Sequence record: DRR723986_22525
DNA length: 64,000 nt
Strand: one strand, 5' to 3'
Notes under the pieces: model-generated
Told to the model about the DNA's origin: nothing
Seen by the model: only the letters and a program-made list of their open reading frames with translations
The model's database searches: none
Position numbers and translations under genes: made by a program
Shown: piece after piece, positions 1 to 8,550 of the stretch
Layout: every line of letters starts with the position of its first letter
Position numbering within the stretch: position 1 is the stretch's first letter

Positions 1-318
1 GTGATGTGGAATCATGGCTTTCATCCACTGTACATCTGCGATGAGCGTTTGGTTTCTGAGCATCGTCAATGTACCTATAAACAAAATCACGGCACTGCCC
101 AAAATAATGTAATTCAACTTTTTATTTTCATACATGTCCCACATAAAAAGCATCATCGAAATTGCCATGGGAGAGACCATAAGTATGGTCATATATGTTC
201 GGGTATTGCTCAGCATGACGTGCTCGAATAGATCTGCGTTCAAAAACATAACTGCATACATGATGACAAAGGAAACTGCCATCATAATCGCGAATTTTAT
301 ATAGTTTTTACTTTTCAT
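1..318 (-). CDS. DUF305-family membrane protein, N-terminal part (runs off the window's left edge)
   Basis: Not in ORF track; manual translation from ATG at 318 gives MKSKNYIKFAIMMAVSFVIMYAVMFLN...VQWMKAMIPHH, with three hydrophobic Met-rich helices followed by the DUF305-type MIPHH motif. Confidence 0.75.
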   Translation of the reverse strand, partial: MKSKNYIKFAIMMAVSFVIMYAVMFLNADLFEHVMLSNTRTYMTILMVSPMAISMMLFMWDMYENKKLNYIILGSAVILFIGTLTMLRNQTLIADVQWMKAMIPHH

Positions 319-461
319 GATTTGAATTTTAGGTAGTAAAAGGGAAAAGGTTAGGATGAGTAGTAATCCATTTTTTTCACCAAATAGAAAAAGAATCGCA
401 CTGCTAACCAGCTAAAAGCCAGTAGCAATGTAAGGTCAGTAGACCTATAAAAAAGAGAATT

Positions 462-881
462 CTAGATTAGAAACGATTCATACAAGACAATAAAGTCCTG
501 CGGAATCAATGGAGGGGCAAAGGGAGAATTTGAAGCGAAATCATTCGAGATAATCTCCTTAGTGAAAACAAACGCATTTGTAAATGCTTCTAAAAAAATA
601 AATTGAGGACTACTGATACTCTGGATTTTGAGTTGGCTCTCAGAATCATTCTGAAGTAGTTCAAATTGGTTTTCACAGCATTCTTCCACACTTATTGTAT
701 CCTCGGAAGGCTCTGTCGTCTGGCCAGTTTCCTCGGTTTCCATACCACAATTCAAATGCGTCACCGCCAGGCCGAACTCATGCATAAATTCTGAGCCCAT
801 ACAAATATGGGTACTCTTAGCAAGTCCAATGCTTGAAAAAATTAGGAGTAAAGCGAGCGCTATGGAAATAGTCTTCTTCAA
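462..881 (-). CDS. HYC_CC_PP family protein (Bacteroidota metal-cluster associated)
   Basis: TTG start, signal-like N-terminus, HIC motif, ECCEN, FAPP near the C-terminus. Confidence 0.75.
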   Translation of the reverse strand: MKKTISIALALLLIFSSIGLAKSTHICMGSEFMHEFGLAVTHLNCGMETEETGQTTEPSEDTISVEECCENQFELLQNDSESQLKIQSISSPQFIFLEAFTNAFVFTKEIISNDFASNSPFAPPLIPQDFIVLYESFLI

Positions 882-923
882 CAGTTAAAAATTACGAAAT
901 ATAAATTAAGAGGTTTCGGGAAA

Positions 924-1373
924 TCACTTATTACTTGAATCATTCTCAAAATATAAGTGATAATGCTTACTACATCCCGGATTAAAAGCCGCTGTACATT
1001 TCGGACAAGTATTACCACTTTTTTGGTACTCACTGATGGTGAGTTCTGTGCCGCACACTCCGCAAAGGATCGCTTTAGCATCAAATTCTGTCTTTGGCCA
1101 TACTTGAGGTTCGTGATCAGCTTCTTCTTTATGACAGGAAAAACATGGATAGTACTTTTCACAGCATTTGAATTTGATCGCGATTACATCCAAATCAGAA
1201 TGCCAGTGCTGGCAGCGGGTCTGGTTGTCAACTGTTTTTCCGTAAATATTTATTCCTTTGATTGTTGACTTTACAAGGGGTAAAGCTACGTTTTGTTGTG
1301 CCAAAACCTGGTTTGAAAATAGTAAAATGAAGAGAATAAGGAGGGTTCTCTGTTTGTTTTGAAGGAGTTGCAT
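924..1373 (-). CDS. CHY-type zinc finger protein (Hot13-like) with predicted Sec signal peptide
   Basis: RCxHW, KCC..YYPCFSCH, CGVC, CPKC, NPGCxxH; N-terminus KQRTLLILFILLFSNQVLA|QQ. Confidence 0.8.
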   Translation of the reverse strand: MQLLQNKQRTLLILFILLFSNQVLAQQNVALPLVKSTIKGINIYGKTVDNQTRCQHWHSDLDVIAIKFKCCEKYYPCFSCHKEEADHEPQVWPKTEFDAKAILCGVCGTELTISEYQKSGNTCPKCTAAFNPGCSKHYHLYFENDSSNK

Positions 1374-1400
1374 CAGGTAACTTGTGATTCAATATGTAGG

Positions 1401-1408
1401 CAAAGATA
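1401..1408 (-). promoter_or_regulatory. Bacteroidota -7 promoter box (TATCTTTG) for the CHY gene
   Basis: Matches TAnnTTTG 27 nt upstream of ATG 1373. Confidence 0.55.
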
Positions 1409-1581
1409 GGTGCTGAACTCAAGAAAATCATTGAAATTTCGATGGTTTACTTTGTCAACCGCAACAGTGATTCAATTTTGAATGACCTGTATAAATAGTA
1501 CTGATTGGATTGTAAATTCACTTTTTTACCTCAAATTCGATTTATAGGTAATATTCGATTTGATAAAACGACCTCAAAAAA

Positions 1582-2784
1582 ATGGATAAAATTAGGATTT
1601 GGCTGATTGCCAGGTATCAAAACATTATTTCTAGTATAGCCTTTATACCCGGTTGCATAAGCATCGTATTTTTGTTCATTGCCGCTTTAGTTTTTTCATT
1701 TGATCTTTCCAATGTCGGCCAAGAAGTCAAAACCGATATTCCTTGGCTCACGATCAAAGATCCTTCCACTGCTCGTAGTATCCTCGGTGCTATTGCGGGT
1801 GGAATTATTTCTCTGACCGTTTTCAGCTTTTCCATGGTGATGATTGTCCTGAGTCAAGCAGCATCTCAGATGAGCAACAGAGTGCTGGATAAACTTATTG
1901 GAAACCGCTTTCAGCAAACAGTTTTAGGGATTTATATAGGGACCATCATTTACACTTTTTTTCTTTTCAGCACCATTCGCGAAACAGGGGATTCTTTTCA
2001 GATTCCGTCTCTGAGCATTTTTCTTTTGACCGTGATCACTGTTTTCGATATTTTTCTTTTCATTTATTTTCTTCATTATATCACCCAATCAGTTAAATAC
2101 AATGTCATTATTGATCGAATCAAATCTTCCACCTTCGATGGGATGAGCGCATTTTGTAAGGAAAAAGAAGAGAGGAAAGAGGTGCCTGAATTTGCTGCAA
2201 AATCTATTGTTCGAGCTCATAGATCAGGGGTTTTCGAAGGGTTTGATGATAAAGAAATGAAAGGATTTTTATCAAAAAGTAAGTGCAGTATGATGGCTAT
2301 TTATCCTATGGGAACTTACGTGCTTCGTGGTCAGGCGATTATGAAATGCAGCAGAAATTTGGATGTTGAACAAGAGCAGCAGGCATTGCTGGGAGTGATC
2401 ATCAGCAAGCAGGAGTCGGTAGTACTCAATTATGAATATGGATATAGGCAACTATCCGAAATCGCCCTCAAAGCACTAAGTCCGGGGATAAATGATCCTG
2501 GAACTGCCATTCTCAGTCTTCGTGCTTTGGTGGATTTGTTAGGTTTCAGAGCTTTCAATTCCCCACCTTCTGTGCTTTACTGTGAGGATTTACCGTATAA
2601 AATCTACCGTAATGAATTAAGTTTTGATACGCTTTTTGAGCAAGCAATTTATCCGATTTGGGATTATGGTAAGGAGGACAGAATGCTTAGGCTTGAATTC
2701 AAAAATGTACTTCTGCAGCTTTCTGAAGTAGTTTCTTCCAAGCCTCTCACAGCACTTTTGAAGGAGGTAGAGCGAAAAAATTAG
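1582..2784 (+). CDS. DUF2254 family membrane protein
   Basis: Four N-terminal TM helices, FSxxMxVLxxAxxQ, KALSPGINDPGTA motif. Confidence 0.8.
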   Translation: MDKIRIWLIARYQNIISSIAFIPGCISIVFLFIAALVFSFDLSNVGQEVKTDIPWLTIKDPSTARSILGAIAGGIISLTVFSFSMVMIVLSQAASQMSNRVLDKLIGNRFQQTVLGIYIGTIIYTFFLFSTIRETGDSFQIPSLSIFLLTVITVFDIFLFIYFLHYITQSVKYNVIIDRIKSSTFDGMSAFCKEKEERKEVPEFAAKSIVRAHRSGVFEGFDDKEMKGFLSKSKCSMMAIYPMGTYVLRGQAIMKCSRNLDVEQEQQALLGVIISKQESVVLNYEYGYRQLSEIALKALSPGINDPGTAILSLRALVDLLGFRAFNSPPSVLYCEDLPYKIYRNELSFDTLFEQAIYPIWDYGKEDRMLRLEFKNVLLQLSEVVSSKPLTALLKEVERKN

Positions 2785-2858
2785 AAATCTAGTCCAGCAT
2801 TACCTGGTTTTATTTAAGTTTCTCCAGCCAATGAGAAAGTTGACCTGCTTTATCGCTT

Positions 2859-3644
2859 TTACAAATGCCTTAAAAAAGCGTCCGGATTATTTAGGAAGTT
2901 TTTTAGAGTGGTGAAATGCTCTGTATCTTCGTAATTCACTTTCTGGATTTTCTCTCCAAACTGGAAAATCGTAGCGTTTGGTAAGGTCATCAAAATAGGA
3001 GAGTGGGTAGCGATGATAAATTGGCAACCATGATTCTCCGCTAGATTTTTGATCAGGGAAAAAAGCGCCAATTGACGCTGCGGAGATAAAGCTGCTTCAG
3101 GTTCGTCAATTAGATAGATACCTTCATTTTGCAGTCTTCCTTTCAGAACTTTCAAGAAGCCTTCTCCGTGCGAAACTTCGGTAAGATTTCCGTATTTCCT
3201 AAGTAATGCTTCTTTTTGGCCTAAAATTGATCCTACAGCTAATTTTAGACCTGTTCCGCTCAACCGTTTCTCAAAATCTACAATATCGCCCTTCATCTTA
3301 GAATCCATGTTTTGGAGACGCTTGACGAAGCCAAAGTAATCCTCAGCCCGGAAGAAGAACCCACGAAAAGCCCTGTCTTTCCATTGGGTGATAATTTGCT
3401 CACCATAGCTTTTGACTCCATCGAGGGTCTCATCACTTTCTAAATCTGTACTTCCTATGGCCGGTAAATTCAGCTTGATAGCCAGGGCCTTAAGAAGCGT
3501 TGATTTTCCAGAGCCATTTTCTCCGACAAAAACTGTAATCGGACTTTCAAATGACATGGTGCCCAGTTCCTTCAGCGCTTTTAGCGAAAAAGGAAACTGA
3601 CGATCAGAGCCAGAAGGAAGATGAACTTGACGGAGGTAGTACAT
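2859..3644 (-). CDS. Stand-alone ABC/AAA-type ATPase (COG3910-like)
   Basis: Walker A GENGSGKST, FFFRAED, SHGE signature, Walker B LIDEPE, H-loop ATHSP. Confidence 0.8.
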   Translation of the reverse strand: MYYLRQVHLPSGSDRQFPFSLKALKELGTMSFESPITVFVGENGSGKSTLLKALAIKLNLPAIGSTDLESDETLDGVKSYGEQIITQWKDRAFRGFFFRAEDYFGFVKRLQNMDSKMKGDIVDFEKRLSGTGLKLAVGSILGQKEALLRKYGNLTEVSHGEGFLKVLKGRLQNEGIYLIDEPEAALSPQRQLALFSLIKNLAENHGCQFIIATHSPILMTLPNATIFQFGEKIQKVNYEDTEHFTTLKNFLNNPDAFLRHL

Positions 3645-3651
3645 GATTTTA

Positions 3652-3693
3652 TTAGACTTAAGACATAAGATGTTAGACTTAAGACACTAGAGA
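3652..3693. repeat. Degenerate 7-bp tandem array
   Basis: ttagact taagaca taagatg ttagact taagaca ctagaga. Confidence 0.7.
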
Positions 3694-3749
3694 TTGGTGA
3701 ATAGAAATTGGAAATTATGGCTCTAAGTAAGTTTGCCGTTCTGTTAAAC

Positions 3750-3959
3750 TTACTCTGGTTTTGCAATGAATCCAGCTTTGAGTACTGTTTTAAAGACTTC
3801 ATCAGCTGTGATATCTTCAGATTCTACGGTGAGAGTTCTGTCATCACTTTGTAAATCTACAGACCAAGAATTGATCTTAGCTTCTGCGTTTAAAATAGGA
3901 GTGACCTTTGCCAAGCAATTGCCACAATTGATGTTGGTTTTGAATTTTTGAGTTTTCAT
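3750..3959 (-). CDS. Heavy-metal-associated (HMA) domain protein, CopZ-like chaperone
   Basis: Start reassigned to ATG 3959 (MKTQKFKTNINCGNC...); CxxC motif, 69 aa, directly downstream of copA. Confidence 0.85.
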   Translation of the reverse strand: MKTQKFKTNINCGNCLAKVTPILNAEAKINSWSVDLQSDDRTLTVESEDITADEVFKTVLKAGFIAKPE

Positions 3960-3966
3960 TTTTACT

Positions 3967-4006
3967 AATTGGAAGATTGGAAATTTAAAATATTGGAAAA
4001 TTAGTT
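3967..4006. repeat. Degenerate 8-bp tandem array
   Basis: aattggaa gattggaa atttaaaa tattggaa aattagtt. Confidence 0.55.
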
Positions 4007-4053
4007 CGAAGGTTTTAATGTGGTAAAGCAGTAATAGTTTCTGTCCATGATTT

Positions 4054-4088
4054 TTGATACTTGGTACTTTGGACATGGTACTTAATAC
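4054..4088. repeat. Degenerate 7-bp tandem array
   Basis: ttgatac ttggtac tttggac atggtac ttaatac. Confidence 0.65.
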
Positions 4089-4095
4089 ACAAACA

Positions 4096-6324
4096 CTAAA
4101 TTCTTTTTCCCTTCAATCGTAAGCTATTCAACACAACAGAAACAGAACTAAACGCCATCGCAGCTCCTGCGATCATGGGATCGAGCAGAAATCCATTGAT
4201 TGGATACAACACGCCTGCAGCAATTGGAATTCCGATCAAATTGTAAATAAAGGCCCAAAACAGGTTTTCTTTGATTCCTCTTACGGTCATGTGTGATAAA
4301 TTTAGAGCTTTTGGAATGGCTTCAAGATCCGAGGAAATGATCGTCATTTTTGCTACATCCATTGCGATATCTGATCCGTGGCCCATCGCAATACTAACAT
4401 CGGCTTGTGCCAAAGCTTCTGAGTCATTGATTCCATCACCTACCATCGCAACTACTTTACCTTTCGCCTGAAGGTCTTTGACAAAGTCAGATTTGTCAGA
4501 AGGCATCACTTCAGCTTTGAAATCTGTCAACCCAACTTCCTGAGCCACCGCTTCAGCTGTTTGTTGATTGTCGCCAGTAAGCATGTAAACATCAATTCCT
4601 TTTTCTTTAAGCTTCTCTATAGCAGATTTCGAGCTTGGTTTAATTTGATCAGAAATTGCAATGACTGCAAGAACGGATTCTTCATTTGCGAAGAAAACAA
4701 CTGTTTTGGCTTCCTTACTCCAGACTTTTACTTTGTCTTGAATTTCTGAATTCAATGAAATTCCCTGTTCCTTGATCAGGCTTAAATTTCCTACATATAA
4801 GGCTTCACTAGCTTGGTTTTTAGCTGCTACGCCTTTACCGGTTAAGCTTTGGAAGTCTTTAAGCTCCGCAGATTTGAAACCTTCTTTACTCAATTTTTTA
4901 CTGACTGCATCTGCTAAAGGATGTTCTGACTTTGATTCAATGACAAGTAGGATAGGAGCAAACTTGGTTTTCAACTCTTCTGTTTCCCAATGAATATTGG
5001 AGACAGTTGGTTTCCCGGCAGTGATTGTACCGGTTTTGTCGAGGATGATTACATTGACTTTATGAGCGATTTCTAAGCTTTCAGCATCCTTGATAAGGAT
5101 GTTATTTTCAGCTCCTTTTCCGATTCCAACCATGATGGCAGTTGGAGTTGCCAAACCAAGTGCACAGGGGCAGGCAATAACCAAAACTGCGACTGAGTTT
5201 AGAATCGCATGAGAAAGTGCATCTTCTCCGCCTGAAATCATCCAGACAGCAAAGGTCAAAACTGCTATCGCTATGACAGTGGGGACAAAAATGGAAGCGA
5301 TTTTATCGACCAATTTCTGAACTGGTGCCTTAGATCCCTGAGCTTCTTGCACTCGTTTTATGATCTGCGAAAGCAATGTCTCACTCCCAACTTTCTCAGC
5401 TATGAAATGAAAACTTCCCTTTTGATTGATAGTGCCCGCAAAAACCTTATCACTTTCAGACTTCTCCACAGCCAAAGGTTCCCCACTAATCATGCTTTCA
5501 TCCACAAAGGAATTTCCCGAGATCACTTTTCCATCAACAGGAATTTTTTCTCCTGGCCGAACGATGATTTCATAGCCTTTTTGAACTTCAGAAATCGGAA
5601 TTTCTTTCTCCTCTCCATTGATCAAGGCTTTCAACGTCTTGGGTTGAAGTCCCATTAGGTTTTTGAGTGCTGTAGAAGTTCTTGACTTCGCTTTCTCTTC
5701 CAGCAATTTTCCAAAAAGAATGAATGTAATAATCACCGTAGCCGCTTCATAATACACATGAGGTTCAAAGCCTCGGCTTATCCAAAACTCAGGAAAAATA
5801 GTGTTGAATAAACTGAATATGAAAGCGATCGCAGTACTTAGCGCAACCAGTGTGTCCATATTGACACTTTTATTTTTTGCTTGCTTCCAAGCACTGATAA
5901 AAAATCTTCTTCCAAAAACAGAAAGAACTGGAATAGCCAATGCTAAGGAAATCCATGTTCCGGGCTTCCAATGCATATAAAACATTCCAAGGATAAAGAT
6001 TGGAAGGGTTAGAATAGCCGCTCCAATTGTGTGTTTTTTGAGCTCTTGATAATGTTCTCTTTGATTAGTCGAAACAGTTTCTTCTACATTCTCTTTCTCG
6101 GTAATTAGCCCGTAGCCAATTGCAGTAAGTGCTTCATTTAAGCCTTCCGGGTTGATTTCGTCTGTGTATTCTACTAATACTGTATTACTGGCAAAGTTTA
6201 CCTGAGCAGACTTTACTCCTTCAGTGTAGGACAAAATAGTTTCCACGCTGGATGCACAAGCGGCGCAGGTCATGCCAGTTACTGGGAAAGTCTCTTTATG
6301 TATTACTTGATTTGATTCTGCCAT
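4096..6324 (-). CDS. copA: Cu(+)-translocating P1B-type ATPase
   Basis: GMTCAAC HMA domain, CPC, DKTGT, SEHPL, GDGIND, YN and MxxSS transmembrane motifs; ATG 6324 preferred over TTG 6348. Confidence 0.92.
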   Translation of the reverse strand: MAESNQVIHKETFPVTGMTCAACASSVETILSYTEGVKSAQVNFASNTVLVEYTDEINPEGLNEALTAIGYGLITEKENVEETVSTNQREHYQELKKHTIGAAILTLPIFILGMFYMHWKPGTWISLALAIPVLSVFGRRFFISAWKQAKNKSVNMDTLVALSTAIAFIFSLFNTIFPEFWISRGFEPHVYYEAATVIITFILFGKLLEEKAKSRTSTALKNLMGLQPKTLKALINGEEKEIPISEVQKGYEIIVRPGEKIPVDGKVISGNSFVDESMISGEPLAVEKSESDKVFAGTINQKGSFHFIAEKVGSETLLSQIIKRVQEAQGSKAPVQKLVDKIASIFVPTVIAIAVLTFAVWMISGGEDALSHAILNSVAVLVIACPCALGLATPTAIMVGIGKGAENNILIKDAESLEIAHKVNVIILDKTGTITAGKPTVSNIHWETEELKTKFAPILLVIESKSEHPLADAVSKKLSKEGFKSAELKDFQSLTGKGVAAKNQASEALYVGNLSLIKEQGISLNSEIQDKVKVWSKEAKTVVFFANEESVLAVIAISDQIKPSSKSAIEKLKEKGIDVYMLTGDNQQTAEAVAQEVGLTDFKAEVMPSDKSDFVKDLQAKGKVVAMVGDGINDSEALAQADVSIAMGHGSDIAMDVAKMTIISSDLEAIPKALNLSHMTVRGIKENLFWAFIYNLIGIPIAAGVLYPINGFLLDPMIAGAAMAFSSVSVVLNSLRLKGKRI

Positions 6325-6350
6325 GAGTTCTTTGTCTTTGATTGACAATA

Positions 6351-6358
6351 CAAACTTA
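6351..6358 (-). promoter_or_regulatory. -7 promoter box (TAAGTTTG) for the copA operon
   Basis: TAnnTTTG match 26 nt upstream of ATG 6324. Confidence 0.6.
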
Positions 6359-6379
6359 AGGAGACTCGGGACGGTAAAT

Positions 6380-6414
6380 GTTATGGAATTATGCGGAAAA
6401 GTTATAAGATTTTG
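6380..6414. promoter_or_regulatory. Candidate AraC-type binding site (21-bp-spaced direct repeat)
   Basis: gttatggaattatg (6380) and gttataagattttg (6401); the proximal copy covers the -33 region of the copA promoter. Confidence 0.5.
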
Positions 6415-6484
6415 TGTAGTTGAAAGTCAACAGACCATAGTCCACAGCCGTCTAAAAGGTTTTATACTCGGGTGTTAGAAAAAC

Positions 6485-6519
6485 AAAAAAGGCTTAGCGA
6501 AGTAATTCGCTAAGCCTTT
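6485..6519 (-). terminator. Intrinsic terminator of the DUF1080/cytochrome c operon
   Basis: aaaggcttagcgaa-gtaa-ttcgctaagccttt stem with adjacent A-run (U-tract on the minus strand). Confidence 0.75.
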
Positions 6520-6610
6520 GAAGTTGTCCTGCTTCTCCAGAAGCTGGACTTTGAAAACAATATGAATACCAAATTGCTGTCGACAATTGACCGTCTACTG
6601 TGGACTAAAA

Positions 6611-8539
6611 TTATCTCAATGAATTAATCCATTTCGCGATTTTCATCGCATCTTCTTTTGATACCTGAGCCATTGGAGGCATAGGTGTAGCATAATCTGG
6701 CCAGTTTTGAGGCTCTGGATTATAAATCAACTCCACTATTCTCTCGTCAGAATATCTTCTCTTTGCTACATCTGTATAAGCTGGTCCAATTACTTTCTTG
6801 TCTTTCATATGACATGCTGAGCAGGTATTTTTTGCTAATAAAGTCTTGATCTCAGCATCTGAAGGTATCGCAGAAGCAACTGAAGTTGGCTTAACTGGTG
6901 CAGGCTTCGCAGCTGCTGCAACTTCTTTCTTAGGCTCCGGAGCCACTGGTGTTTTGATTACCATTTTGGTGCCAGCAGGAATATTGTGAAGCGTATAGTA
7001 AGCATCAGGGTGTACAAGAGAGAAGCTTCCATCAGCAGCTCTAACTCCGTTTAGGCTAAGCTTGTGTACGTAACTCTCTCTCAAACCTTCCACGGCAATT
7101 CTTGCAGACATGCCATCTGCAGCTACTTCTACACCTAGAATTTTTAGTGTTTTGTTATCTACAGGTGGACTTCCATACACTGGATAGTATTTGTAAGTAA
7201 AACTTTCTACTGCATAAGAAGTCAAATCTTCAGCAGTTGCTTTGTCCACCGGCTTGGTAAATTCAATCAAGAAACCATCAGGCTGAGCCTTAACAGTTCT
7301 CATTTCGAAAGGAATATTGTGATTCCATACTAAACGCTGAAGACCTTCATTTGCCTCACCGGCAGAACCCCAACCGCGGTTGGTCTCACCGATAAACAAA
7401 GACTTGTCCGGCGCCCAAGCCATTCTCAAAATACCAGACTGGAAACCAGATCTGAAATCTATAGAAGCTCCTTGCATCACGCCATCTACTTCTTCAAGAA
7501 CTACTCGCATGATCTTACTTTGACCTTGGTCACCTACCAAAACCTGACCACCAAAAGGACCGAAGTTTCCTTCAGGAATTACAATTGGTTCGGAGTTGGA
7601 AATACCTTGTATACCATGGGGCAACCAAACTGCTGGAAGCTTCAAGTCCGGAAGTTTTTCCTTCGCCTGTGCCATCGTAATATAAGGAGCATCAATCACG
7701 TTTTCTGGTTTGAGAAAACCTCCATTTCCATTCGGTATTTTTTGTGGATCAACTACTTTATTGAATTCCTCAGTAGTCAATTTCAAAGGGGAATCAGGAA
7801 GTCCAGTCCAAGCTAAGCCTGCCGGGTGACCAGTGAAATCACCTTTTTCGATGAACCAAAGTCCACCAGAACCCATGTAATCACCTTGATTTTCGGTGTA
7901 AACTAACTTGTCTCCAAGCATTCCCAGCCCAGCAGGAGATCTCATACCTGTAGCATAAGGTTCCATGCTTCCGTCACGGTTGATCTTCATGATCCAGCCT
8001 CTCATTGGCACGCGGCTTTCGCCTCTCCACCATTCCTGATCGCCAAAAGCGACGTTTGCAGAAACGAAGAAAGAACCGTCAGGACCTACTTTAGGGCCAA
8101 AGCTATATTCATGGTAATGTGCAGAAATAGGCCAAGCATACACGGTTTCATATAAGTCAGCTGTTCCATCCTGGTCTGTATCAACTAATTTGGTCAATTC
8201 TCCTCTTTGGGCCATATAAAAGGCTCCGTCTTCGTAGTGGAGTCCTAGGATTTCGTGAAGACCTGAAGCAAACTTTCTGAAGAATGGCTTGGAGCTTGTT
8301 GGGTTTTCTACGATAAATACGTCGCCTCTACGAGTAGCTACACCGAGATCGCCATTTGGCAAAACGGTCAAACCACCCACTTCCAAGAGTGTACCTTCTG
8401 GAGCGGTAACTCGCATGATTTTAAAGAAATCCTCTTCTTTGGGAGATTCCTGTGCATCGACCTGCCCATGCATCAGCTGAAATACAGCTGCTAGTCCAAA
8501 GGCGATTTTTGTGAATTTATTTTTTAGTAATGTGTTCAT
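6611..8539 (-). CDS. Secreted sorbosone-dehydrogenase-like beta-propeller protein with C-terminal monoheme cytochrome c
   Basis: Signal peptide (VDA|Q), propeller repeats (ASGLH, ATGMRSP, ENQGD), Ala/Pro/Lys linker, CSACH plus GPAY and MPPM (c551/c552-like). Confidence 0.75.
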   Translation of the reverse strand: MNTLLKNKFTKIAFGLAAVFQLMHGQVDAQESPKEEDFFKIMRVTAPEGTLLEVGGLTVLPNGDLGVATRRGDVFIVENPTSSKPFFRKFASGLHEILGLHYEDGAFYMAQRGELTKLVDTDQDGTADLYETVYAWPISAHYHEYSFGPKVGPDGSFFVSANVAFGDQEWWRGESRVPMRGWIMKINRDGSMEPYATGMRSPAGLGMLGDKLVYTENQGDYMGSGGLWFIEKGDFTGHPAGLAWTGLPDSPLKLTTEEFNKVVDPQKIPNGNGGFLKPENVIDAPYITMAQAKEKLPDLKLPAVWLPHGIQGISNSEPIVIPEGNFGPFGGQVLVGDQGQSKIMRVVLEEVDGVMQGASIDFRSGFQSGILRMAWAPDKSLFIGETNRGWGSAGEANEGLQRLVWNHNIPFEMRTVKAQPDGFLIEFTKPVDKATAEDLTSYAVESFTYKYYPVYGSPPVDNKTLKILGVEVAADGMSARIAVEGLRESYVHKLSLNGVRAADGSFSLVHPDAYYTLHNIPAGTKMVIKTPVAPEPKKEVAAAAKPAPVKPTSVASAIPSDAEIKTLLAKNTCSACHMKDKKVIGPAYTDVAKRRYSDERIVELIYNPEPQNWPDYATPMPPMAQVSKEDAMKIAKWINSLR

Positions 8540-8550
8540 TTCGCGCTGGA

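Noticed and set aside
1..231. Plus-strand 76-aa His-rich ORF
   Set aside because: It is the antisense shadow of the Met-rich DUF305 gene on the minus strand (ATG codons read as CAT).
2859..3644. ATPase as part of an anti-phage system (PARIS/Septu/Gabija-like)
   Set aside because: No adjacent TOPRIM, HNH or helicase partner; short COG3910-like architecture.
3960..4076. N-terminal extensions in the ORF track (also at 11165, 12176, 21900, 24538, 27911, 38703, 41921, 47897, 51791, 62148)
   Set aside because: The extensions run through repeats, promoters, terminators or neighbouring genes. Downstream starts match the family N-termini.
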